In this document: piece by piece, positions 18,016-26,868 of the stretch
How positions within the stretch are numbered: position 1 is the stretch's first letter
How the letters are laid out: every line of letters starts with the position of its first letter
NCBI GenBank assembly: GCA_035266665.1
Contig: DATFMZ010000156.1
Span: 1-46,612 of the forward strand
Source: Gemmatimonadales bacterium
Lineage (GTDB): Bacteria; Gemmatimonadota; Gemmatimonadetes; Gemmatimonadales; GWC2-71-9
Direction: 5' to 3'
Length of the DNA stretch: 46,612 bases
Notes under the pieces: generated by a model
Database searches by the model: none
The model's input: only the letters and a program-made list of their open reading frames with translations
Told to the model about the DNA's origin: nothing
Position numbers and translations under genes: made by a program

Positions 18016-19797
18016 ATGGATCGGAAGATGGTCTTGGCGTTGGTGCTGCTGCTGATCGTGGCGCTCGCGCCCACGCTGCTCTTTCCGCCCAAGCATCCAA
18101 CGGGGACGGCGGCCGATTCTCTCGCCGCCGCCCAGCCGGGGACGACCGCCGTCGCGGGCTCGAGCGGCGCCGTGGCCGGCTCGACACAAGCGCCCGCCGC
18201 CGCCCCCACACCGGGTTCCACGCAGGCCGCGCCGCCGCGGATCGCTGCGGCGTCCCCGCAGCCCACCGCGCCCGCCGCCGCGCCGGACACGGCCCCGGAA
18301 CACCTCGTCACGGTCCAGTCCGGGCTCTATCGGTATCGCTTCTCCACCCGCGGCGCCCACCTCGTGGGCGCGAATCTGCTCAAGTACCGCTCATTCGCCC
18401 CCGGTGACAGCGGCGCCGCGCAGATCGTCCCCAAGGACGGCGAGTGGCTCGACTATACGGTGATCGCCGGCCAGGATACGCTCGACCTCTCCACGTGGTC
18501 CTTCACGCCGAGTGCCGATTCGCTCGCGGTGGGCCCGACGGGCGCCGAGCTCCGCTGGACCGCCGAGCGCGATGGCCACACGGTCACGCTCACGTACCGC
18601 TTCATCCCCGATCGCTATCTGTTCGACGTGCAGGGCGCGATCACTGACGTCGGACCCAACGGCGGCCTCGTCTACGTGGCCATCGGCCCCCGGCTTCGCG
18701 CCATCGACGCCGACACGACCCGCGACATCCGGTCCTACGGCGTCGTGACCAAGGCGCAGAAGACCGAGAATCTCGCCTTCCACTCGATGGACCCCGGCGA
18801 GCAGAAAGAGCTCGAGGGGCCGTTCGACTGGGTGGCGGTGAAGTCGAAGTACTTCGCGGGCGCTATTCTGACGCTGGGCGAGCAGCAGCCCCACTTCGGC
18901 GGCGCCCTCGCCGTCGGCGCACAGCGCGACTCGGGGCAGAAGTATCAGAGCGAGGTCCACGTCAAGGCGTCGCTGCCGGCTCCGGGCGGAAAGTTCAGCT
19001 TCTCCGTGTTCATGGGGCCGCAGGAATACCGCGTCCTCTCGCGGATCGGGCATGGATTCGATGACCTCAACCCCTATGGCTGGATCTTCCGCCCCATCAT
19101 CCAGCCCGTGGCGCAGTTCGTGGTCGAGATCCTCCTGTGGATGCACGAGCATCTCGCGATCGGCTACGGCTGGGTGCTCATCGTCTTCGGCCTCGCGGTG
19201 CGCATCATCCTGTGGCCGCTCAACCAGAAGGCGATGCGCTCATCGATGGCGATGCAGGCCATCCAGCCGGAGATGAAAGCGATCCAGGAGCGCTACAAGA
19301 ACGACCCCAAGAAGCTGCAAGAAGAGATGATGAAGCTCTATAAGGAGCACGGCGCCAATCCGCTCGGGGGATGCCTCCCGATGCTGATTCCGATGCCGAT
19401 TCTCTTCGCGCTCTTCTTCGTCTTCGAGAGCACCATCGAGTTCCGTGGCGTGCCGTTTCTCTGGCTCCCGGATCTCTCGCGCGCCGATCCGTACTACATC
19501 ATCCCGGTACTGATGGGGCTCTCGATGTTCGCCGTCTCCAAGATCGGGCAGATGGGCGTGCCGCCGAATCCGCAGGCGAAGATGATGACGTACGTGATGC
19601 CGCCGGTCTTCACGTTCATGTTCTTGCGTTTCTCGGCGGGGCTCAACCTCTACTACGCCGTGAGCAACATCGCGAGCGTCCCGCAACAGTGGATGATCGC
19701 GCAGGAGCGACTGCGGCGGACGGCGCGCCGCAAAGCGGCGGAAGCGTCGAGCGGAGGCGGCAGCGGTGGAGGCGGCTCCGGAAAACGCAAAGGCTAG
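18016..19797 (+). CDS. yidC: membrane protein insertase YidC
   Basis: MDRKMVLALVLLLIV forms TM1, followed by a large periplasmic domain. The conserved C-terminal core is YGWVLIVFGLAVRIILWPL...MQAIQPEMKAIQERYKNDPKKLQEEMMKLYKEHGANPLGGCLPMLI. The likely start is ATG 18016. Confidence 0.95.
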   Translation: MDRKMVLALVLLLIVALAPTLLFPPKHPTGTAADSLAAAQPGTTAVAGSSGAVAGSTQAPAAAPTPGSTQAAPPRIAAASPQPTAPAAAPDTAPEHLVTVQSGLYRYRFSTRGAHLVGANLLKYRSFAPGDSGAAQIVPKDGEWLDYTVIAGQDTLDLSTWSFTPSADSLAVGPTGAELRWTAERDGHTVTLTYRFIPDRYLFDVQGAITDVGPNGGLVYVAIGPRLRAIDADTTRDIRSYGVVTKAQKTENLAFHSMDPGEQKELEGPFDWVAVKSKYFAGAILTLGEQQPHFGGALAVGAQRDSGQKYQSEVHVKASLPAPGGKFSFSVFMGPQEYRVLSRIGHGFDDLNPYGWIFRPIIQPVAQFVVEILLWMHEHLAIGYGWVLIVFGLAVRIILWPLNQKAMRSSMAMQAIQPEMKAIQERYKNDPKKLQEEMMKLYKEHGANPLGGCLPMLIPMPILFALFFVFESTIEFRGVPFLWLPDLSRADPYYIIPVLMGLSMFAVSKIGQMGVPPNPQAKMMTYVMPPVFTFMFLRFSAGLNLYYAVSNIASVPQQWMIAQERLRRTARRKAAEASSGGGSGGGGSGKRKG

Positions 19798-19801
19798 CGC
19801 G

Positions 19802-19829
19802 AACGGGCGGTGCTGACGCACCGCCCGTT
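19802..19829 (+). terminator. hairpin terminator after yidC
   Basis: AACGGGCGGTGC-TGAC-GCACCGCCCGTT forms a 12-bp perfect stem, followed by TCGTTTCT. It lies 5 nt after the yidC stop and covers the GTG at 19810 that the ORF track uses as the mnmE start. Confidence 0.65.
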
Positions 19830-19842
19830 TCGTTTCTACCTT

Positions 19843-21186
19843 ATGCTCATGCTCTCCGACGTCATCGCGGCGCTCGCGACACCACCGGGGCGATCGGCGC
19901 TCGCGCTGCTTCGCGTCTCCGGCCGTGGCTGTTTTGACGTGGTGCGCCGCGTGATCCCCGAGTTCGTTGCGGAGCCCGCGCGCGTGGCCCGGCTCGCGCG
20001 TGCGGTGAACACCGGCGGCGAGCCGATCGACGACGTGCTCTACACGGCGTTTCAGGCACCGGCTTCCTATACCGGCGAGGACGTCGTCGAAATCTCCACC
20101 CACGGTGGGCTCCTCAATCCCGCCGAGGTACTCGCGGCGCTATTCGTGGCTGGTGCGCGGGAGGCTGCTCCCGGGGAATTCACGCGGCGCGCCATGCAGC
20201 ACGGCAAGATGGATCTCCTGCAGGCCGAGGCTACCGCCGATCTGATCGACGCCACCGCTCCCGCCCAGCGACGGCAGGCGCTCGCCCAGCTCGATCGCGG
20301 TCTCACGGCACGAATCGGTGCGCTCAGGGACGCGGTGCTGGGGCTCGAGGCGCTCGTGAGCTACGACATCGATTTTCCCGAGGAAGACAGCGGACCGGTG
20401 CCACCGGAACGGATCGCCGGCGCCAGCGCGGACGTGCGGGACTCGCTCGCGCGTCTGCTTGCGACGGCGGGTGAAGGTGAACGCCTGCGCGAGGGCGCAC
20501 TGGCCGTCATCGCGGGCGTTCCCAATGCGGGAAAGTCGGCGCTCTTCAACGCGCTGCTCGGCGCGGAGCGCGCCATCGTCACGGAGATCCCGGGCACGAC
20601 GCGCGACGCCATCGAGGCGCCAGCCGTGCTGGGCGGGTTTCCCTTTCGACTTGTCGACACGGCGGGACTGCGCGAGAGCACCGATCGCGTCGAACGGCTC
20701 GGCATCGAGGTGAGCCGGCGATACCTCGGGGCCGCCGACGCGGTGATCTTCTGCGCCGAAGCGGGGCGGGCTCTGACGGACGAGGAGCGCGCGTTCCTGG
20801 GCGAGGCGCGGGTTCCCGTCGTCGTCGTGCGCACGAAGTGTGATCTCACCCCAGGCGACGCCTCGGGGGATCGGGAGATTGCGACGTCGGCGGAATCAGG
20901 GGTGGGTATCGCGGAGCTCCGCGACGAGCTCGCGCGGATCGCCTTCGCCACGCTGAGCCACGGAGATCCCGCGCCCGTTCTCACCCGGGAGCGGCACCGT
21001 GCCGCGCTCGGTCGCGCCCTCGAGGAGATGGATCAGTTCGCCGCGGCGCGCGATGCAGGCATCGAGGGTGCCGTGGCGGCGACGCATCTGCGCGCCGCGG
21101 TGCTCGCGCTCGAAGACGTGATCGGGCTCATCACCACCGACGATGTGCTCGATCGGTTGTTCTCCTCCTTCTGTGTTGGGAAGTAG
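19843..21186 (+). CDS. mnmE: tRNA modification GTPase MnmE
   Basis: N-terminal DVIAALATPPGRSALALLRVSG, G-domain GVPNAGKSALFNAL / DTAGLR / TKCDL, and the C-terminal FCVGK motif. The start is ATG 19843 or 19849, both downstream of the yidC terminator. Confidence 0.95.
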   Translation: MLMLSDVIAALATPPGRSALALLRVSGRGCFDVVRRVIPEFVAEPARVARLARAVNTGGEPIDDVLYTAFQAPASYTGEDVVEISTHGGLLNPAEVLAALFVAGAREAAPGEFTRRAMQHGKMDLLQAEATADLIDATAPAQRRQALAQLDRGLTARIGALRDAVLGLEALVSYDIDFPEEDSGPVPPERIAGASADVRDSLARLLATAGEGERLREGALAVIAGVPNAGKSALFNALLGAERAIVTEIPGTTRDAIEAPAVLGGFPFRLVDTAGLRESTDRVERLGIEVSRRYLGAADAVIFCAEAGRALTDEERAFLGEARVPVVVVRTKCDLTPGDASGDREIATSAESGVGIAELRDELARIAFATLSHGDPAPVLTRERHRAALGRALEEMDQFAAARDAGIEGAVAATHLRAAVLALEDVIGLITTDDVLDRLFSSFCVGK

Positions 21187-21226
21187 GCGGCGGCACACCC
21201 GGCCTTCGAGCGGTAACGTTGGCGGA

Positions 21227-22810
21227 ATGTCACCCACGCCAAGGGTCCCCATGCGTAGATCCCCGTGCATCACACCGCTCGCCGCGCTCGTCGCCCTGAT
21301 GCTTGTCATCCCCGATCCACTCGGGGCCCAGCAGCCGAACGGACTGGCCGCCGCTCACAACTACCGTGACGCGCACGCCGCCGAGATCGTGCGCGGATAC
21401 GCCGAGCTGCTCGGGATCCCGAACGTCGCCGGCGACTCCGCCGGGATCGCCCGGAACGCCGCGTACATCCGGGACCATCTCCGCGCCCTCGGTGTCGCGG
21501 CGGAGCTGCTGACGCTTCCCGGCGCATCACCCGTCGTGCTCGGGCGCCTCGCGGTACCGGGCGCAACCCGCACCGTCGCGCTCTATGCGCACTACGACGG
21601 CCAGCCCGCGGATTCGAGTGCCTGGACGAACGGCCCGTGGACGCCGACGCTGTATACGCGAGCGATCGATGCGGGCGGCGTGCGACGCGCACTACCCGCG
21701 ACCGGCGACGCCGTGGACCCGGAGTGGCGCCTCTATGCCCGTTCCGCCGGTGACGACAAGGCGCCGATCACGGGCCTGCTCACGGTGCTGGCCGCCTTCC
21801 GCGCGGCGCACGTCACGCCCACGACGAACGTCGTGTTCTTCTTCGAGGGCGAAGAAGAAGCGGGCTCGCCGCACCTCGCGCAGTACTTCGAGGCCTACGG
21901 GGATCGACTCCAGGGGATCGACTACTGGATCTTCCTCGACGGGCCGATGCACCCGAGCGGGCGGCCGACGCTCGATTTCGGGGTGCGCGGAGTCACCGGG
22001 CTCGCGATCACCGTCTACGGCGCGGTCCGGCCGCTTCACAGCGGACACTACGGCAATTGGGCGCCCGTACCGGGCGACATGCTCGCGCATCTCCTCGCCA
22101 GCATGAAGAACGACAGCGGCCGCGTGCTGATCGACGGCTTCTACGACTCGGATGCGCCGCTCGGCGCGGCCGAACGCGCGGCACTGGCCAAGCTCCCCGA
22201 TTTCGACGCATCGCTGGAGCGCGAGCTGGGACTCGCACGAACCGAGGGTGCGCCGGCGACGCTGGCGGAACGGCTCACGCTGCCTTCCCTCACGGTTCGC
22301 GGACTGAAGAGCGGGAACGTGGGTCCCCTCGCACGAAACGTCATCCCGCCCACCGCCGAGGCGGTGCTGGGGATCCGACTCGTCCAGGGAAACGACCCCG
22401 TGCACATGCAGGCGTTGGTCGAAGCCCACATCGTCCGCCAAGGGTATCACCTCGTTCGCGACGATCCCGACATGGCGACGCGGCTCCGGTACCCGCGGAT
22501 CGCAAAAGTGGTTCGCTTCGGTGGATATCCGGCGGCGCGAACGTCGATGGACGAGCCGTTCGTGCCAGGGTTGGTGTCGGCAATCCGCCAGGCGTCCGGC
22601 GTGGAGCCGCTGATCTTCCCGACGCTCGGGGGATCCCTGCCGCTCTACCTCTTCACCGATCGGCTGCACGAACCCGCGGTGATCGTGCCGGTCGCCAATT
22701 ACGACGACAATCAGCATGGGGCCGACGAGAATCTCCGGGTCGGGAATCTCTGGTATGCGGTGGATCTGTTCGCGGCGCTGTTGACGATGCCGGACGGGGC
22801 GGGTCGCTGA
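21227..22810 (+). CDS. secreted M20-family metallopeptidase (dipeptidase-like)
   Basis: Signal peptide MSPTPRVPMRRSPCITPLAALVALMLV. M20 motifs are LYAHYDGQPAD, ARSAGDDKAPI and FFFEGEEEAGSPHL. Confidence 0.85.
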   Translation: MSPTPRVPMRRSPCITPLAALVALMLVIPDPLGAQQPNGLAAAHNYRDAHAAEIVRGYAELLGIPNVAGDSAGIARNAAYIRDHLRALGVAAELLTLPGASPVVLGRLAVPGATRTVALYAHYDGQPADSSAWTNGPWTPTLYTRAIDAGGVRRALPATGDAVDPEWRLYARSAGDDKAPITGLLTVLAAFRAAHVTPTTNVVFFFEGEEEAGSPHLAQYFEAYGDRLQGIDYWIFLDGPMHPSGRPTLDFGVRGVTGLAITVYGAVRPLHSGHYGNWAPVPGDMLAHLLASMKNDSGRVLIDGFYDSDAPLGAAERAALAKLPDFDASLERELGLARTEGAPATLAERLTLPSLTVRGLKSGNVGPLARNVIPPTAEAVLGIRLVQGNDPVHMQALVEAHIVRQGYHLVRDDPDMATRLRYPRIAKVVRFGGYPAARTSMDEPFVPGLVSAIRQASGVEPLIFPTLGGSLPLYLFTDRLHEPAVIVPVANYDDNQHGADENLRVGNLWYAVDLFAALLTMPDGAGR

Positions 22811-22821
22811 TGGGTTCGAGA

Positions 22822-22850
22822 ACGCCCCGCACGTGAAGCGTGCGGGGCGT
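22822..22850. terminator. bidirectional hairpin between convergent genes
   Basis: ACGCCCCGCACG-TGAAG-CGTGCGGGGCGT forms a perfect 12-bp stem. It sits between the M20 peptidase stop (22810) and the minus-strand membrane-protein stop (22883). Confidence 0.6.
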
Positions 22851-22882
22851 GGGGCATGCTGCCGGAAACCCCTTGTTTCCGA

Positions 22883-23560
22883 CTAGCGTGACATCGCGAA
22901 CATCTGGGATGCGACGGACGTCCCGCTCATGAACGTCGCGCAACCGATCGCGATCAAGGCAACGAGCGACAGGGTCAGCGGTGCAGATCCGCTCAAGGCG
23001 AGAATGCCGAGCACGATCGCACCCGCGCCGACGAGTGAATCGGCGCCGCTCGCTACGTAGACGAAGTCTTCACCGTGTTTGCTCGCCGCGGTCTGCTCGA
23101 AGCGTGCCGTCGCGGCGCTCGCGATCAGCAGGGCGCCACCCATGACGATGGGTGCGATGCTGACGAGCTCCAACTGACTCACTCCGAGCAAGGCCAAGAT
23201 GCCGAGCGTGATCCCGGCGAGACCTCCAAGGGCGGTCGTTCCCAACCCGCCGCCGATCTCGAGATGGCGCGCTGCCGCCCGGCCGAGCACCTGACGGTAC
23301 CTGGTGGCGAGGGCGGTGCTGCCCACGAGAATGCCGAATCCGGCGGCGATGACCGCGATCGAGTCCAGCGCGCCGGGGACCAAACCGATCAGTCCCAAGA
23401 TCGCGAGGACGATCGCGCCGGCGCCCGCGATGGTTTCACCGACCGATCCCTTCTCCACGTCCCGCACGGGACTCATGGCTTCGTTACCGAACCGCGCGTC
23501 GCGTTCGTCGACCGCGTGTTCAGAGATTCTCGAATTTCGGATGCTTGTCGGTCCGGCCAT
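22883..23560 (-). CDS. hypothetical integral membrane protein built from three internal helical-hairpin repeats
   Basis: 225 aa from ATG 23560, preceded by GGAAAGGAGG. The motif G(A/L)(G/A)(A/G)I(V/T)L(A/G)ILxLxG recurs three times: GAGAIVLAILGLIG, LAGITLGILALLGV and GAGAIVLGILALSG. Each copy is followed by a second hydrophobic helix. Confidence 0.65.
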   Translation of the reverse strand: MAGPTSIRNSRISEHAVDERDARFGNEAMSPVRDVEKGSVGETIAGAGAIVLAILGLIGLVPGALDSIAVIAAGFGILVGSTALATRYRQVLGRAAARHLEIGGGLGTTALGGLAGITLGILALLGVSQLELVSIAPIVMGGALLIASAATARFEQTAASKHGEDFVYVASGADSLVGAGAIVLGILALSGSAPLTLSLVALIAIGCATFMSGTSVASQMFAMSR

Positions 23561-23801
23561 GGGGCCAGCCTCCTTTCCTGAAACGAGGACGAAGTTCGGC
23601 GGCGCTGCCACCGAGCTTCGAGGCAACCTCGGAGATGTCGCACCATCACCCGTGGTTGTCTAAGTACTGTAATAACAGAGAATTACCAATTAGTTCCATG
23701 TTTGTCGGGATTCGGCGTCCTGCGGCCGGTCTTGCGCCGCCGGCGGTCTGCGGTGAATCTCGTCCGACCACGCATGAGCAACCGGCGATAGGGAGGCAAC
23801 G

Positions 23802-24191
23802 ATGACGGCGGAGCGCGCGGATCGAGGCACGATCGCGGGCATCGGGCAGATCGCGATCACGGCGCATGATGTCCCGCGCGCGGTGCGGTTCTACCGCGAC
23901 GTGCTCGGCCTCGCACTGCTTTTCGAGATGTCGAAGATGGCGTTCTTCGACGCCGGCGGCGTGCGGCTCATGCTCTCGCTGCCGGAAGAAGCTCGCTTCG
24001 ATCACCCCGCGTCGATCATCTACTATCGCGTGAACGATCTCGATGCGGCGCATGCGCGACTGATCGCTGCCGGCGCGTCATTCGAGCGTTCGCCCCACCT
24101 GGTCGCCAAGATGCCCGATCACGAGCTGTGGATGGCGTTCTGTGAGGATTCCGAGGGAAACACGCTCGCGTTGATGGAAGAGCGGCGGTAA
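23802..24191 (+). CDS. VOC-family (glyoxalase/bleomycin-resistance/dioxygenase fold) protein
   Basis: 129 aa. The pattern IGQIAITAHDVPRAVRFYRDVLGL...GVRLML...WMAFCEDSEGNTLALME is the typical VOC beta-alpha-beta-beta-beta pattern. GGGAGG precedes the ATG. Confidence 0.8.
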   Translation: MTAERADRGTIAGIGQIAITAHDVPRAVRFYRDVLGLALLFEMSKMAFFDAGGVRLMLSLPEEARFDHPASIIYYRVNDLDAAHARLIAAGASFERSPHLVAKMPDHELWMAFCEDSEGNTLALMEERR

Positions 24192-24236
24192 CTTCGCGGA
24201 GTTTTCTTCCCGTCAGCCGATCCCACAGGGAGTCCC

Positions 24237-26030
24237 ATGCACCTGACGTCGCTCGACTGGCTCGTCGTCCTCGTCTCGATCGCGCTCTCTTTCCTGCCGG
24301 CGATCCTGCTCGCCAAACGGGCGGGCACGAGCACCGCGGAGTTCTTCACGTCCGGCCGCGCGGCGCCGTGGTGGCTGGTGGGCGTCTCGATGGTGGCGAC
24401 CACCTTCAGCACCGATACACCGAACCTCGTGACCAACATGGTTCGGGAGAGCGGGGTCGCCGACAACTGGCTCTGGTGGGCATTCCTGCTCACCGGGATG
24501 ATGACCGTCTTCTTCTACGCTCGTCTCTGGCGGCGCTCGAAGGTGCTCACCGATCTCGAGTTCTACGAGATCCGCTACTCGGGAAAGCCCGCCTCCTTCG
24601 TGCGCGGATTTCGCGCGGTCTACCTCGGTCTCTTTTTCAACTGCGTCATCATGGCCTCGGTGAACCTCGCCGCGGTGAAGATCGCGAACGTCGTGCTCGG
24701 TTGGCCGATGGCGAAGACGCTCATCATCTGCTCCGTGCTCAACGTCGCGTTCGCCGCGACCTCCGGGCTCTGGGGCGTGCTCGTCACCGATTTTTTCCAG
24801 TTCGGGATCGCGATGACGGGCGCATTCGCGGTGGCGTACTTCTCGCTCAAGCAGCCCGCGGTGGGCGGCTTGAGCGGGCTCGTGCACCGCATCGATCCCA
24901 AGACCCTGAATCTCCTGCCCGACTTCGGTGACTGGCGGCTCGCTCTCACCGTCTTCTTGATTCCCATCACGATTCAATGGTGGTCGGTCTGGTACCCCGG
25001 TGCCGAGCCGGGGGGGGGCAGCTATATCGCGCAACGCATGTTGGCGTCCAAATCGGAGAAGGATGCGATGGCGGGGACGTTGTTCTTCAACGTCGCACAC
25101 TACGCGCTGCGCCCCTGGCCGTGGATCATCGTGGCCCTCGCCTCGATGCTCGTCTTCCCGCACCTGTCGGACATCGCGCACACGTTCCCGTACGTGGATC
25201 CCAAGCTGATCGGGCACGACATGGCGTACCCGGCGATGCTCAAGTTTCTGCCGGCGGGCTTCCTCGGGCTCATGATCGCGGGTATGCTCGCCGCGTACGT
25301 CTCGACGCTGTCCACACACCTGAATTGGGGCACGTCGTATCTGGTGCACGATTTCTACCGGCGTTTCCTCCGCAAGAGCCGGGACGAGAAGCACTACGTG
25401 CTGATGGGGCGGATCATCACCGCGGTGCTCATGGTCCTCGCGGCGCTCCTCACGACGGTGCTCAACACCGCGAAAGAGGCATTCGATCTGATGCTCTCCG
25501 TCGGAGCCGGGACGGGTCTCATCTACCTGCTCCGCTGGTTCTGGTGGCGCGTCAACGCGTGGAGCGAAGTTGCCGCGATGGTGAGCTCGTTCCTCGTCGC
25601 GGTGGCGTTCTTCGTCGGCGGAAAGCTGGGGCACCCCGTGGACACATCGCTCTCGCTCGTCGTGACCGTCGCGGCGACCACGGTGGTGTGGGTGGTGGTG
25701 ACCTTCGTGACCGCGCCCACGGAGCGCGCGCGGTTGGTGGCCTTCTACCAACTGGTGCGCCCCGCGGGGCCGGGGTGGCGCTCGGTCCGCGCGGAGGCTG
25801 GTCTCCCGCCCTCTCCCGATTCACTTCCGCTCGCGATGTTGGGATGGGTGCTCGGCGTCATGTTCGTGTACTCCGCGCTCTTCGGCGCGGGGAGCTATCT
25901 CTATGGCCGGACGGCACAGGGCACGGTCTGGCTCGTGCTCTTCCTGATCAGCGGCTTCGGACTCGTGCGTCTCCTGCCCCGCTTCTGGGCGCGTGGACCG
26001 GCGAGCGCCGATGGAGAGGATTCGGCGTGA
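24237..26030 (+). CDS. sodium:solute symporter (SSS) family transporter
   Basis: 597 aa with about 13-14 TM helices. N-terminus TSTAEFFTSGRAAPWWLVGVSMVATTFSTDTPNLV is characteristic of the SSF family. Confidence 0.9.
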   Translation: MHLTSLDWLVVLVSIALSFLPAILLAKRAGTSTAEFFTSGRAAPWWLVGVSMVATTFSTDTPNLVTNMVRESGVADNWLWWAFLLTGMMTVFFYARLWRRSKVLTDLEFYEIRYSGKPASFVRGFRAVYLGLFFNCVIMASVNLAAVKIANVVLGWPMAKTLIICSVLNVAFAATSGLWGVLVTDFFQFGIAMTGAFAVAYFSLKQPAVGGLSGLVHRIDPKTLNLLPDFGDWRLALTVFLIPITIQWWSVWYPGAEPGGGSYIAQRMLASKSEKDAMAGTLFFNVAHYALRPWPWIIVALASMLVFPHLSDIAHTFPYVDPKLIGHDMAYPAMLKFLPAGFLGLMIAGMLAAYVSTLSTHLNWGTSYLVHDFYRRFLRKSRDEKHYVLMGRIITAVLMVLAALLTTVLNTAKEAFDLMLSVGAGTGLIYLLRWFWWRVNAWSEVAAMVSSFLVAVAFFVGGKLGHPVDTSLSLVVTVAATTVVWVVVTFVTAPTERARLVAFYQLVRPAGPGWRSVRAEAGLPPSPDSLPLAMLGWVLGVMFVYSALFGAGSYLYGRTAQGTVWLVLFLISGFGLVRLLPRFWARGPASADGEDSA

Positions 26031-26821
26031 AGGCGGTCATACTTGCCCGCGGGCTCGGCACGCGGATGCGGCGGCCCGCCGAAGGCGCGGAACTCAACGA
26101 ACGACAGCGCGAAGCGGCGGCCACGGGGGTCAAAGGGATGATGCCCATTGGGGCGGATCGCCCGTTCCTCGACTATGTGATGAATGCGCTTGCCGACGGT
26201 GGAGTGGACCAGGTCGGTCTCGTCATCGGGCCCGAGCACAGCATCGTGCGCGATTACTATGCGTCGCTGCCGACGACGCGCATCACCATCGGATTCGCCG
26301 TGCAGGAGGAGCCGCGCGGCACGGCCGACGCGGTGCTGTCCGCCGCCGAATGGGTCGGTGACGATCGCTTCCTCATGCTCAATTCGGACAACTACTATCC
26401 GGTCGAAGCCGTCAGAGGGCTCGTCCAGCTCCCCGGCTCGGGGATCGCCGCGTTCCGGCGGGACGCGCTCATTGCGCTCGGGGGCATTCCACGCGAGCGG
26501 GTGGGGCGCTTTCCCGTCGTGCGGTGGGATGCCGAGCACCACCTCACCGCGCTCGAGGATCCGGGTGAGGTGGATGATCCCGATCCCGCAATCTCGATGA
26601 ATCTCTGGTGTTTCACCGCGCGGATCTTCGAGGCGTGCCGCAAGATCAAACGCTCGCCGAACGGGGAGTTCGAAATCCAAGTTGCCGTCCGCTACGCGCG
26701 CGACGTTCTGGAGGAGCCCTTCCGGGTTCTCGACTTCTCGCTGCCGGTGCTCGACATCACGAGCCGGGCGGATGTTGCGGCGGTCGGCCGGCGCTTGAGC
26801 GAGGTGGAGGTACGGCTGTAA
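26027..26821 (+). CDS. sugar-phosphate nucleotidyltransferase (NTP_transferase fold)
   Basis: The GTG start overlaps the symporter stop (GTGA at 26027-26030). The sequence KAVILARGLGTRM...MPI is the G-x-G-T-R loop, here with an insertion. Also present are EEPRGTADAV and LMLNSDNYY. 264 aa. Confidence 0.8.
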   Translation: MKAVILARGLGTRMRRPAEGAELNERQREAAATGVKGMMPIGADRPFLDYVMNALADGGVDQVGLVIGPEHSIVRDYYASLPTTRITIGFAVQEEPRGTADAVLSAAEWVGDDRFLMLNSDNYYPVEAVRGLVQLPGSGIAAFRRDALIALGGIPRERVGRFPVVRWDAEHHLTALEDPGEVDDPDPAISMNLWCFTARIFEACRKIKRSPNGEFEIQVAVRYARDVLEEPFRVLDFSLPVLDITSRADVAAVGRRLSEVEVRL

Positions 26822-26868
26822 CGGGGGAGCGACTCGTCGCGCGCACGGACGCGCTACGCGCGGCCTTC

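Noticed and set aside
23668-23679. CTGTAATAACAG as a LexA/SOS box
   Set aside because: The spacing (CTGT-N4-ACAG) does not match the E. coli CTGT-N8-ACAG box or other LexA motifs I know. No SOS gene is adjacent. It is kept only as part of the AT-rich island observation.
24213-25751. 512-aa minus-strand ORF and the 614-aa plus-strand ORF 24977..26821
   Set aside because: The first is antisense to the SSS transporter. The second is an out-of-frame read-through into the nucleotidyltransferase, which has a GTG start at 26027 coupled to the transporter stop.
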